Shown one piece after another: positions 53,466 through 64,000 of a stretch of 64,000 bases of DNA. The stretch is from Camelus dromedarius (taxonomy: Eukaryota): contig NC_087447.1 in assembly GCF_036321535.1 (NCBI RefSeq), positions 45,136,001 to 45,200,000 of the forward strand. The letters run 5' to 3'. Under the pieces are notes generated by a model. That model worked only from the letters and a program-made list of their open reading frames with translations. It did not search any database and was not told where the DNA came from. Position 1 is the stretch's first letter. Every line of letters starts with the position of its first letter. The position numbers and the translations under genes are program-made.

Positions 53466-56400
53466 TCCAGACCCTCTAGGCTAGAATGTATACACACACA
53501 CTCCACAGGGAAATGGTCCAGCACAGAAGGGGGTTGTTGGACGATTCCAGAACATCAAAAAACACAATTACAATAGTATATGGATTTTTTTTGTCTTTGG
53601 TAAGTTGTGAATTTGTTCTGTTGTGGTGTAAACACAAAATAATTTTATTCAAACTAGGGACTAAAAACAAATATAAACTGTGGGTGACATATTGTGAAGT
53701 ATCTGTCATTACTACATTCTCTTAGTTACCTCTAAATGGAAGGGAATGCATTTTTGGAGGAGAGAAAATGTTATGAAGCTAATAATGCCTATTATTAGGG
53801 TCCAAGAGCTACCCTATATGGATCCAGCAATTATCTCAGAAAGCCAGAATTTGTTCTCAGGCCGACTCTTTCCAAGTCTTACGGGCTTGAGTGATGCTGT
53901 GCTCATTGTCCTGAGCTCAAAGCACTCTGCTAGATGATTTACACACGTTACTCGATTCTTCACACCCACCTTTTGGGGAAGATACACCAATCATCACTGT
54001 ACGAAGGAGAAAACTAAGGTCAGAAGAGTTCAGAGACTTGTTGAAGGCTTCACAGCAGTGGAGCCTTATTCAAAACCAAGTCTGCTCGGTTCAAGAGCCC
54101 AGACTCTTTCCACGGACCTGCTTTGTCTCTTTATAGGGCTAAGGCAAAAACAATGCTAAATGATATGACTGTCCCTGTTTAGATGACAACTGGGTTTGTC
54201 ATTTGCGTGGAGTGTAGTGCATCTGCATCTGAGTTTGCTGTGCCCCATCCAATGGTTCTTTGGGGTCCTGTCTCCTCTCTGCTCAGTCTCTACCTTTTAC
54301 CAGGTCCTGAATGTGTCCAGGAAAGTCAGCAGAGATGACCACAGATCTCTGTTAATTTCTCATTAACTATTCCCAGCTGCGACTAGCAAGTTCTCGATCC
54401 CGCCAGGGGCTCAGGGCCCATGCCCTCCTGAGGGGTTCAGAGGAGAGAGCCATAAATCCTTCGTATCCCCACCTGCTCCCTCCCAGGCCCTCCACAAGAG
54501 CATCTTTGGAGCCTCCTGGATCCTGGGTGCACTGACAGCTGAATGGACAAGCTGGAGCAGCAGGGACTGAAGCAGATAGGGGCTGGATGCCCATTCCTCG
54601 TCTTTAATCCTTCCTCTTCAGCAGAGGTGAGAGGGTCCTGTCCCATCAGCAGCAGGAATTCATCAGGGGAGATCAGTCCCATCCTAACCAGGATCTGGGG
54701 GCTCCTGAAAACGCCTCCTTCTTATCCTCTACCTGGATTTATTCCAGACTGAGCCAAACACTGAAAGTCCCATTAAAAGTGCCAATCCTTAAAGAGATGC
54801 TCCAGGAAGCCTCTCTGTCCTGATGGAAACGAGTTGTTTAAGATTTTTTTTCGGAGAACTACTCTGGGATGCAAAGGCAAGTCCCATGCAGAGGAGGGCC
54901 AGAGTGGCTGTTAAGTTTGAGAACTAGGAGTAAGGCACCACCACTCCCTTGCTCTCTCTCACTATTCCTGAGCCAGAATCGTGTGAAAAGGTGGACTCTG
55001 GGGACTGAGAATATGATTAGAAGACAATGCCGCCAAATGTGCTTACACACATTCAAGAAATCAATCATCTTAGTTATAAATAATAACTAGTTCATTTGTT
55101 CTTGAACACATGTAAGCACATTTGAGTGTCCTTTATGGTTGGATTACTGCATTCTGTTGATTCTTATTTTGTGGTTGGCTTTATTCCTTTGATAACTCTG
55201 TAAGTTTAAAAAGCTAAAGCCCTAAACTGTTCTTAGAAACAATGAACAGCAAATATATGTAAATTTTTTTAAAATGTGCAGTATATTGTATTTATGTATT
55301 TACATGCAATATATTGTATATGTGCTGTCAAATTGTAACAGTTCTACCTAATAAAACTGAAAAATGAAGGGAAAAAAAAAAAGACAATGCCACCAAATTC
55401 CCCATTTTACGTAGAAACAGTCTGGTACTCAACTTCCTTTTCTTGAGCCTATTGGCAAAGGAAGTTCTTTCTTTAGTCTCATCAGATCCAGTCTGAATCT
55501 TTCAGCCTCCTTTTAGCCTTTTTTTTTTTTTTTTTGAACTCAAGACCATGCTTTCAAATAACCTGAGTTCAGTCCCCAACTCATCTTATTCTTTTTAAGA
55601 TTTAATAAAGGACTTTTTATCAGCTTGTAAAACAACCAATGCAGTAGAAAAGACCACGAAAGGAATGGCTTCCCACAGAGCTAAGAGGGCCAAGGATAAT
55701 AACAACAGTACTATTTCAAGTGCGCTGGGCAGTTACTGTGCTTCAGGCACTGTTGTACCCTATGCAATTGCTTTACATAGGTCCTTTTTTTTATCCTTGC
55801 ACTATTCCTGTAAAGTAGGTGCATTTATTTTTATCCCTGATTTAAAGATAAGGAAATTGAAGCATAGAGAAGTTGAGTATCTTGTCCAAAGCCACACAGC
55901 TTACGTGTGGCAGTATGAGGATTTGAAATTAGGCAACCTGGCCACAGAGCCCACCCTAGACTTTGAGCACTGTGCTCAAGTGGGGATAAATAAAAATAAG
56001 AAAACGGTGATGCTGCGCCACGTCTCCTTCTCGCCGTTACCACTCCCAAAATCAGGCTGGGGAATCACACATCCCGTTTAAACCAAGATTCAAAGTGATT
56101 AATCGATTCACCCCAAATCATGCAATAAACCTGAGGCTACACACATGTTGCCCAAGTTCACTTCTTAAACTCTTCACTGTGCCTTCTTTTTCTGTTAAAT
56201 CTCCCAGCCGTGTTCAGCATGTTCTTTCATGTTCTACTCTCCCCTGGAGGGAAAACCTGTCCCCCAAGCCCGGTAGGCAGGGCACAGGATGTGAGCCACC
56301 CTAAGGAGAAGGGCTCTGAGGAGCCAGAGGCACCCTGAGAAGCCTCTACCCTGCCTCTACCCTGCAAGAGCCAAAGTGTGAGGGTCCCCGAGACGGTCCA

Positions 56401-56540
56401 AGAGGCAGTGCCACAAAGAAGACTGGAGCAGACGCAAGTGTGAGGACCCTGAGAGCTTCATCCAGGGCCAGAAACCTTGTTTTCTGCTCACCTACCCCCG
56501 GCTCCTCAGTCTGCAGGACCAGGTTAAGATACCAGGTGCT

Positions 56541-56670
56541 GGGAGAAGAGGGTATAGCTCGCTGGTAGAGTGTGTGCTTAGCATGCACAAGGTCTTGGGT
56601 TCAAACCCCAGGACATCCATTAAATAAATAAATAAATAAACCTCCCCCACCAAAAAAGAAAAGAAAAGAA
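56541..56670 (+). mobile_element. tRNA-Ala-derived camelid-type SINE
   Basis: GAGGGTATAGCTCGCTGGTAGAGTGTGTGCTTAGCATGCACAAGGTCTTGGGTTCAAACCCC; TSD AAGATAC(C/T)AGGTGCT at 56526-56540 and 56671-56685. Confidence 0.92.
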
Positions 56671-57769
56671 AAGATACTAGGTGCTATATCTCATGAAGTT
56701 CAAGGACGTAACTCTTGTCCTCAGGTGGAACATGCCAAGCCCAGGCTTATATCCTTCTTCCAGGCTGTCCTTTACCCACTTAAACCCAGGCAGGTAAAGC
56801 CCTCCCACCTCCAGCGTTTTAACCTGACCACCAGTTGCACTGCAGCCTCTGACCCCAGGCCCTCCCACTGAAACCCAACCTGGATGCTCTGCTGTGTCCT
56901 CAGTGGGATCAGAACTTCCCCAGACTGAATTTCCATAGAACCCAGGGGGTGTCCTTGTGGACAAAGGACAGAAGGAAAAAGAGCCACAAAGCTGAGTCAG
57001 GGGATGGATGTCTGCACTGGTCAAAGAAGACATTAAGTCCCATGATTCAAGTATATAGAGGTATAGTGGAACAGAGCCAGAGGGAGGGACGCCAAAGGCC
57101 ATGAGCAGCTGGGTAAAAGCACTGGACGTGATGTTTGGGACAGTGTCTGAGCTAATAAAGTATCTTCTGGAAAAGGATCTTGGAAGAGGAGTTTTGTCTG
57201 AGCACTTGTCAGTGCATGGAGTAGAAACGGCAGTTTTATATCTTCTTCCTTCCCACTTACATCTCCCCTAGGCTGAAGGGAACACAGATGCCTAACTCCT
57301 GTAACCTCAGTTAACTGAGGTTAGATTAGGGTTAGACAACAGGAATGACTTCCCCTGGGAAAGCACACCCCCATGTCCCCATGCCCCTGGGCTGAAGAAA
57401 AGACTTTGCAACTCCAGAAGATTGTCAGAAAAGCATGGGCTTTAGTCAGATGAGTGGATTCTAATCTTAGTTCTTCTGTGTACCAGATGTATGACTTGGA
57501 GTAAGTCTGTTAGCCTCTTAGAAACCAATTCCTTGATCTATCCTTTGGGAGGGAGCATCAACAGACTCACAGAGAATTAGGGAATTTGTAGGTCGGTGTA
57601 TGTCAAGCCCCTAGAATAGTGCCTGACACAAAGATGCTCCCAGCAAAGGCTGAGGCAACCCCGGCCCCGATCCTCACGCCCACCTATCTCAGATCTCTGT
57701 AGAACTGGTGCTTGCCTCTCACAGGCCCCTCTTATTCCCTGCAGGGACAGAGCCAGGTGGAGCCAGGAG

Positions 57770-58787
57770 ATGGGACCAGGCCCTGCACTGCCTGCTTTCA
57801 ACCAGACTGTGCTCATCCCTGGGCCTGGGCCTTTTGTCCTGCTCAGGGTACCGGGAATGGAGGCCTTGCATGCCTGGCTTTCTGTGCCCATGTGTCTGCT
57901 GTACGTGGCAGCTCTGGCAGGGAATGCCCTTCTCCTGGGGCTGGTAGCAGCTGACAAGGCACTTCAGGCCCCCATGTACCAATTGTTGGGGCTTCTGGCC
58001 ACCGCTGACTGGGTTCTGGCCACAACCACAGTGCCCAAAGCCCTGGCTGTGCTCTGGGGCCTGTCGGGAGAGATCTCCTTCAGGGCCTGCCTAGCCCAGC
58101 TCTTTGTTGCCCACGTGGCCTTCATTGCCGAGTCTTCGGTGCTGCTGGCCATGGCCGTGGATCGCTACGTGGCCATCTGCCGGCCTCTGCGCTACTGTGC
58201 GTTACTGACCCAGTGCGTGGCAGGCATTGTGGCTGCAGCTGCGGTGACCCGTGGTGCCCGTGTCATGGCCCCCACTGTGGCCTTGCTCTGGAGACTGCCT
58301 TACTGTGGGCATCGGGCCCTGCCCCACACCTACTGTGAGCACATGGGCGTGGCTCGGCTGGCATGTGGCAACATGAGCCCCAGCGTCTGGTATGGACTGG
58401 CCACCACACTGCTCTCTCCAGCCCTGGACCTAGGGCTCATAGGTGCTTCCTATGCCCTCATTCTCCGCGCTGTGTCGCCTGCCATCCCGTGGTGCCCGCC
58501 GCAAGGCCCTGGGCAACTGTGGGGCCCATGCCAGCGTCATCGCTCTCTTCTGCACACCTGCCCTCTTCTCCTTTTTGTCTCACCGTTTCAGCCACCACAT
58601 GGTGCCCAGCCATATCCACATCCTGCTGGCCAACCTCTACGTGGTGGTGCCCCCAGCTCTCAATCCCGTGGTCTATGGAGTGCGGACCCAACAGATTGCT
58701 GAGAGGCTCAGACGCTGGCTTCAGCTCTGCTGGGCGGGGGCCCTGAGGGATGTGGGCCCTGAGAGGGCCTCCCACAGGAATGAGTGA
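57770..58787 (+). pseudogene. GC-rich family-52 olfactory receptor with a 2-nt frameshift at about 58471-58475; syntenic position of human OR52V1P
   Basis: Frame 57770 carries MAVDRYVAICRPLRY and PHTYCEHMG up to YALILRAV; frame 58443 continues [19 protein letters not shown]...[16 protein letters not shown] to stop 58787; acceptor TTCCCTGCAG upstream of the ATG. Confidence 0.88.
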
Positions 58788-59509
58788 GCCCCGATTTTCT
58801 TCAACACGTCCCCTCAGGGACCCATCTGGGCAGAGCTCTAACCAAGGCACCTCCATCGTCTGCCACTAGGTGGCTCTAGGCCGACTCCAGCCCTATTCCG
58901 GTCATGGGGGCAAAGCGCACATTGAACTGACCACTCTCTACCTGGGTCTGCCGTGCTGACACGATTCCTCCCTCTTTCTAACTCAGTATTGATCTCCGTA
59001 GATGCATCACACACATTGGGCCTGGACGGTGGCAGACAGGGAGGCCTAGGACACAGCCCGGGATCAGGACCTCGTCTTCATCACTCTGCACAACTAGAAC
59101 CGTACTGCTGAAAGGTGGCTCTGAATGGAGCCTCTCCTGCTGTGTGTGACACGGAGCAGGAGCTCCAAGTTTGCTGAAGGGATGAAAATAGGAGGGGCTG
59201 GGGAAATGCCACAATAGGAATAAAACAGAAAACAGCCCTGGAAACTGACTTGACTCCTGACCCGGGTGATTATTATCTAAATCTTGGGAGACCTTGGCCC
59301 TGGGAGGGAAGGGCGTGGACGACCCTGTGCTGCCTCCTGAAGGCACTTTGCTCACATGTTGAGCATTCTCCTGTTTTTTCCACTAGAGCCGCTCACTAGC
59401 CTTAGTTGGCAAAATACAGGAAGGTGACCCCAGCACAAGCTGTCAGGCTTCAAGCTCTGTCTGTTCTCCTACCCTTCTCCCCTCCATCCCTCCCTCCCTA
59501 AAGTTCTAT

Positions 59510-60050
59510 TAACATTCCATAGAAACTCTGATCTTCCAAAGTTCTAACTTCTGTATTTGCCTGTAAAATTTATCCACTATTGGAAAATATGTTGCATAAA
59601 AATATTCAGAATATTAAGACTACCAAAGGTCATCAAATAAGAAAGCCTGCCCAATTTACATCCTTAAGAAGTGGGGACCCCCCCCAGTACCTCCTCTAAA
59701 AATAAATAAATAAACTGAATTACCTGCCACCTCCAAAAAAAACTTCAAGAAAAAAGTGAGACCAAAAGGGTTTCTTATTTTGCAAAAACACTAAATTTTG
59801 TTCCACAGTTCAAACATCTCAGTAGAACTCTTCTTTACAATAACTATCATTCTTCATCAGGCAGAAACTTTTTTGATCAACTTCCATGCTATCACACAAT
59901 AAAGAGAATTACCTTGAATTTAACACATTGAGTTTTATACAATTTCTCATTCTTACTCTAGCACAAAACCCATTATTCATTTAGCTGTTATTTTCCACAG
60001 CATGCCTTTAGGTTTACATTTTGATGTAAGCTCTGTAATCTTGCTGGCTA
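59510..60050 (-). mobile_element. Second hAT-Charlie transposase fragment, homologous to about 52550-53010
   Basis: Collinear matches such as CTGATCTTCCAAA...TTCTGTATTTGCC, CAACTTCCATGCTATCACACAAT, CATTCTTACTCTAGCACAAAA. Confidence 0.85.
59680..59752 (+). mobile_element. 5'-truncated camelid-type SINE inserted in the Charlie fragment
   Basis: CCCCAGTACCTCC...AAATAAATAAATAAAC...AATTACC tail; flanked by AAGTGGGGACC / AAGTGAGACC; absent from the homologous 52700 region. Confidence 0.75.
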
Positions 60051-61379
60051 CTGGCACTAATTCTGGATAGGATTCGCACTCCACAAAGCTTAGGTTTTTC
60101 AACTCCTTCTTCTCCTACCTCCCCAACCTCTGTGATTCCTCTGGACCCCATGGTTACAGCAAGGCCAGACCAGGGGAGTTAATGGAGAATGGGCTCCTGG
60201 CCTTGGGCAGGGAGTCAGAGGGTGAAAATCTGCACAGCAAGATACAAAGGGATGCTCTTTCGCCGAGGCTTTCCCAGCAGAGCCCTGGGCATGTCCTCCT
60301 GGAGTTATACTTTCACTTGATCCCTGAGATCCTTTCCTTAGAAGGGGAAGTAGAGGTATTATGTGCTGGGTAAAGGATTCTAAAGGATGGGATGAGTCAG
60401 CAGAGGGCCCTTTTGCTAAGTGCTCACAGTACCTGAAGTTGAGGGTGCAGTGAGAAGTAGGGAAATGATAAAGGGTTTAGACAGCGGATCTCCAGAGCCC
60501 AAACTCCTCAGTGGAAACATGGAGGCAACACACTCTTCATAGGAAATCTAACATCCTTCTAGGCATTTGGGTGGGTGTAAGACTTGTCACTGCCTGACAA
60601 GTACTCGGAGAAGAGATAGAGCAGAAGAACACAGAGTAATCGAGGGTGGCCGGCACTGGGAACACGGCTGTGGCTCCTGGTCCGGACCTCAGGAACCAAA
60701 CTCCTGGTCCTCTCTAGGCGTACCCCAGGCAAGAGCCTGGAAATCCAAAGGCTTGACAGGCTCCTGTTGCTGATTAGAAAGTCCTGGGAGGGGCTTTCTT
60801 GGAGGACAGGCAGTGAAATCTGCTGGCATCAGGAGCTCCAATTAAGGGATACATTTGAATGGTGGGGTGGGTTGGAGGTGCCTAGAATAGTGGCGGAGAC
60901 AAGTTTCTAGGGGTAAAGAGGGCATATAACAGAGCAGGCCTGTACATGCTGCTAGAGTGACCCCACCCCACCCCCGATACACAGTTTGACCCTCATTCAA
61001 GGGTGCACGGTTAAGTAGATGGCTCTGTCCTCAAGACTGAGCATTTCCTCCTAGAGTAGTCCCTCCCTCAAAGTTGAGACCATAATCCTTCCTGAAAGGG
61101 ACCCATCCCAAGGCCCCCACAGGATGTCTCAGGTTTGCCTTAATCTGTTTGGGCAGGAGGGCCCAGCAGGGCTGGACAGATCTCAGCTTGGGGATGGGTG
61201 AGAAAGACACGTCTGTAGTGAGAAGCTCACTCTCCCCCTATCTTTGGAGGCACCTGTCTTTTGCAACCCTTTTCTTCCATACCCTCCCCCCATGCACTCT
61301 CCACACCCTCTCCCACTCTCAGTCCTTTCTGATGTCAAAATCTGCGCCCCTTCTGCTGAGATTGTTTACTTGGGCCAGT

Positions 61380-61387
61380 GATAAAAG
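61380..61387 (+). promoter_or_regulatory. TATA-like GATAAAAG about 55 nt upstream of the candidate signal-peptide ATG
   Basis: GTGATAAAAGCC; position compatible with a short 5' UTR. Confidence 0.35.
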
Positions 61388-61434
61388 CCTAGGGGAGCTC
61401 AAAGGTCTTACTCCACGTCTGCAGCTGATACAAG

Positions 61435-61503
61435 ATGCAGCCTGTCCCCGAACTCCTGACCACTCTGCTGCTGCTGCTCCTGGTGCTCCTAGGACAGCCT
61501 CAG
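61435..61503 (+). CDS. Candidate first coding exon (signal peptide) of a secreted protein; OLFM5 expected here by synteny
   Basis: ATG...CAG|GTATAG encodes MQPVPELLTTLLLLLLVLLGQPQ; Kozak CAAGATGC (A at -3); hydrophobic core with an LLGQ end as in OLFM4. Confidence 0.55.
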
Positions 61504-62122
61504 GTATAGAGGGAGGGGAGAGGGATCACAGGCAGGCAGGGAGAGGGTCCTGGGCTTTGGGATGGCTCTCCTCTTCTCTTTGATCCTTTTCAAGAAGCCC
61601 CAGGTTATGGGAGACAGTGAAAGTGGAAAGACCTAGAGACGACAGACGGAAGGAAGGTAAGGAAGATGGGATACCCTGCCTGCTCCGATTATCCCTTGTC
61701 GGGTACAGGCATAGGGTGAGAGAGGGGAACAAGGATGGACGCGGGAGTGGGAGGAGTCCTGGGTTGTACCCGTGCTCTTTTGTGAAGTCTTGTCCTTCCC
61801 AGAGGTCTGCCGCCCTCTTCCTGTGCTAAGAATGCGGGAGGTAAGGGAGGCCCACCTGGGCTGTTGTAGGCTATGTAACCTCTGCTTCGTTACCCACAAA
61901 GGCTAAACTACTGGGCTAGAGTTACAGGCTGAACACATAGCCAGACGAACTACCAGGGCTATAGAAGATTTGAGTGTGATTGTTCAGAGAAGGACAGCGG
62001 CCACACATCTTATTTTTTGAAAATTATATAAGGAAGCCCCAGTTGGTGCTATAAGCTTAACCAACAACTTGAGAAGGGGTCTTTGATCCAATATTGGCTC
62101 ACCCCGCTTCAAATGGGAGTGG

Positions 62123-62275
62123 AGGGGGCAGGGTATGGTTCAGTGGTAGAGTGCTCATGTAACATGCATGAGGTCCTGGGTTCAATTCCCAGTACCTCCA
62201 TTTAAACAAACAAACAAACAAACAAACATAATTACTTCCCCTCCAAAAAATAAATAAATAAAAAATAAATTTTTT
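62123..62275 (+). mobile_element. tRNA-Ala-derived camelid-type SINE
   Basis: GGGTATGGTTCAGTGGTAGAGTGCTCATGTAACATGCATGAGGTCCTGGGTTCAATTCCCAGTACCTCCA plus (AAAC)n tail; flanks AATGGGAGTGG / AATGAGAGTGG. Confidence 0.9.
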
Positions 62276-62438
62276 TTAATGAGAGTGGCTATATAGACAT
62301 AGGGACACATATAAACACCCTTAGGTATGTAGACACTCACTCAAATGAGCACATGGTTATTACACTTTCACACTCTGCTTCCTGCGTGCTGTGTGCCTGC
62401 ACTCTTCCCTCAGTTTCTGTGCCCTCAGAGGCCTCCAG

Positions 62439-62571
62439 GAAGTCACCAGACCCCCTGTGGCACAGCTCAATGGGAGAGGCTTCTCGTACAAGACGGTGCC
62501 CGGGGCTGAGACTCGGCACCCAGTCCAGCCTCTGCCCTCGACTGGGTGGCCCCGCTGTGTGCGGATGGCAG
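62439..62571 (+). CDS. Candidate second exon of the same secreted-protein gene (acceptor and frame uncertain)
   Basis: GC-rich island; pyrimidine tract with acceptors at 62428 or 62438; strong donor CAG|GTGAGC at 62571; the phase-0 reading EVTRPPVAQLNGRGFSYKTVPGAETRHPVQPLPSTGWPRCVRMA is open. Confidence 0.35.
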
Positions 62572-63419
62572 GTGAGCCCAGGATGATTTCTCTTCTGCAA
62601 CCAGGTTTATTCCAAATGTGCCCTCCCCTGCCCTAACAAGTTTCCTTGTGGCCCCTGATCAGCTTCCTCTCTCTATTTTAGGATTCCCCCCAGATAAACA
62701 GCCTGGGCCCGACTGGTCACCTCCTAGTGTTCCTCTCATGGGTTAAGGATGGTCCAGACTGCCCTGAGCTACTGCCTGGAATCTCTAACCCGATCATAAT
62801 CCAGAGCACTAGTACCCTTAGCCTGGTCTTATCTTAAAAACTAACTTCCATTCTTGGCCCTCAGACTCTTAACTTCTTCTCAGAAGTTTAGAGGATAAAC
62901 CTGACCAAGTTTCAGACTTGGAGTCAAGTAGATCCGAGTTTGAGTATCAGTCCTGCCTGTTAAGCTCAGTGTCCTTGGAGAAATCGAATGAACATCTCAG
63001 ACCCATTCTTAGTTATCTGTAAAATGAGGCTGATTCAATATATGAAAACATCACATGAGATTACATAGAAATGTGTGGACAACATAGCAGGTGCTGATAA
63101 ATATTGGTTCGATGAAAAAATTGCTAAATGGATCAATGAGTACACGGGTGAACCCTTCAATGAATTGGCAGCCTGGTCGGGGAGGTAGATACAACTCACA
63201 GACAGGGTGTTTAAAGTCAGTACATACAGGAATGTGATAAAGACCCAGCTGAGCAGGAAGGAGATCCCGGGCAGGAAGGATGACTCTAGTCACTGAAAAG
63301 CCACAGTGGAAGCTCATCTCAGGAAGATTATTGCCACTGATAACAATGCTCTCTAATTTCTATAGACATTTTGTAGCATATGAAACACATTTACATGTCG
63401 TTGCTTTCTTTTTTTTTTA

Positions 63420-63740
63420 CTGGTAACTGTTTTATTATTAATTTGTTATTGAAGTACAATTGATTTACAACGCTATGTCAGTTTCAGTCAGTACAGCATA
63501 GTGATTCAGCTATACATACATACATATCTTCTTTTTCATATTCTTTTTCATTATAGGGTATTACAAGACATTGAATACAGTTCCTTGCGCCATACAGTAG
63601 GACCTTGTTATTTATCTCTTTTACATATAGCAGTTTGTATCTGCTAATCCTGACTCTCAATTTATCCTTCCCCCTCTTTTCCCATTTGGTGACCATAAGT
63701 TTGTTTTCTATGTTTTTGAGTCTGTTTCTGTTTAATAAAT
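63420..63740 (-). mobile_element. L1 3'-end fragment (L1MA9/cetartiodactyl type)
   Basis: TTGAAGTACAATTGATTTACAAC...GTGATTCAGCTATACATA...CATACAGTAGGACCTTGTT...GGTGACCATAAGTTTGTTTTCTATG. Confidence 0.8.
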
Positions 63741-64000
63741 ACATGGCATTGCTTTTTAAATCCTCTCAAAATTTGTGGGTAAGACATGACTTACTGGCCA
63801 ATGTTAAGCAAAGACAATACTTATAAGTCAGGAATAATTTAAAGAATTTTCCAAAGTGACCTCATGAATATAAATCTCCTTATATCACTGTCCTGCTACA
63901 GGACATCTGTGTTTCAAGGGCAGGTGGAAGGCGCTGGAGTCTAGACATAGAAGAGTGTCCATAAAGAAGAAAAAAAACCAGTAGCTCACTTGTTGATTGC

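Noticed and set aside
61615-61635. ISRE/IRF-like AGTGAAAGTGGAAAG
   Set aside because: The spacing does not match GAAANNGAAA, and such purine runs are frequent by chance
1-64000. CRISPR array, prokaryotic operon, defence system, or the class I OR 'J element' enhancer
   Set aside because: The sequence is mammalian, with introns and SINE/LINE repeats and no regularly spaced direct repeats; as recalled, the J element lies at the far (TRIM21) end of the class I cluster

Overview
Mammalian genomic DNA, probably camelid (six copies of a tRNA-Ala-derived, vic-1-type SINE). The window is syntenic with the class I olfactory receptor / TRIM cluster of human 11p15.4, in reverse orientation. Left to right it holds: the 5' half of TRIM6 (minus strand; RING/B-box and two coiled-coil exons, CpG-island promoter at about 8-8.9 kb); five family-52 olfactory receptor (OR) loci; and, near the right end, a candidate signal-peptide first exon of a secreted protein where OLFM5 is expected by synteny. 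The OR loci are OR52B6 (open ORF, DRY->DHY), an intact OR52H/T-like gene and three disrupted genes: a single nonsense, a nonsense plus 6-nt deletion (OR52H1 orthologue), and a 2-nt frameshift. The rest is L1/L2/LTR/hAT repeat and two N gaps. I found no prokaryotic-type system and nothing I can call a new biological system. The best leads are the putative OLFM5 5' exons, the lineage-specific OR gain/loss pattern, an L1-retroposed LTR 3'-end fragment with a 16-bp target-site duplication (TSD), and a possibly duplicated Charlie transposase segment. Orthology names resting on synteny come from recalled human gene order and need a database check.
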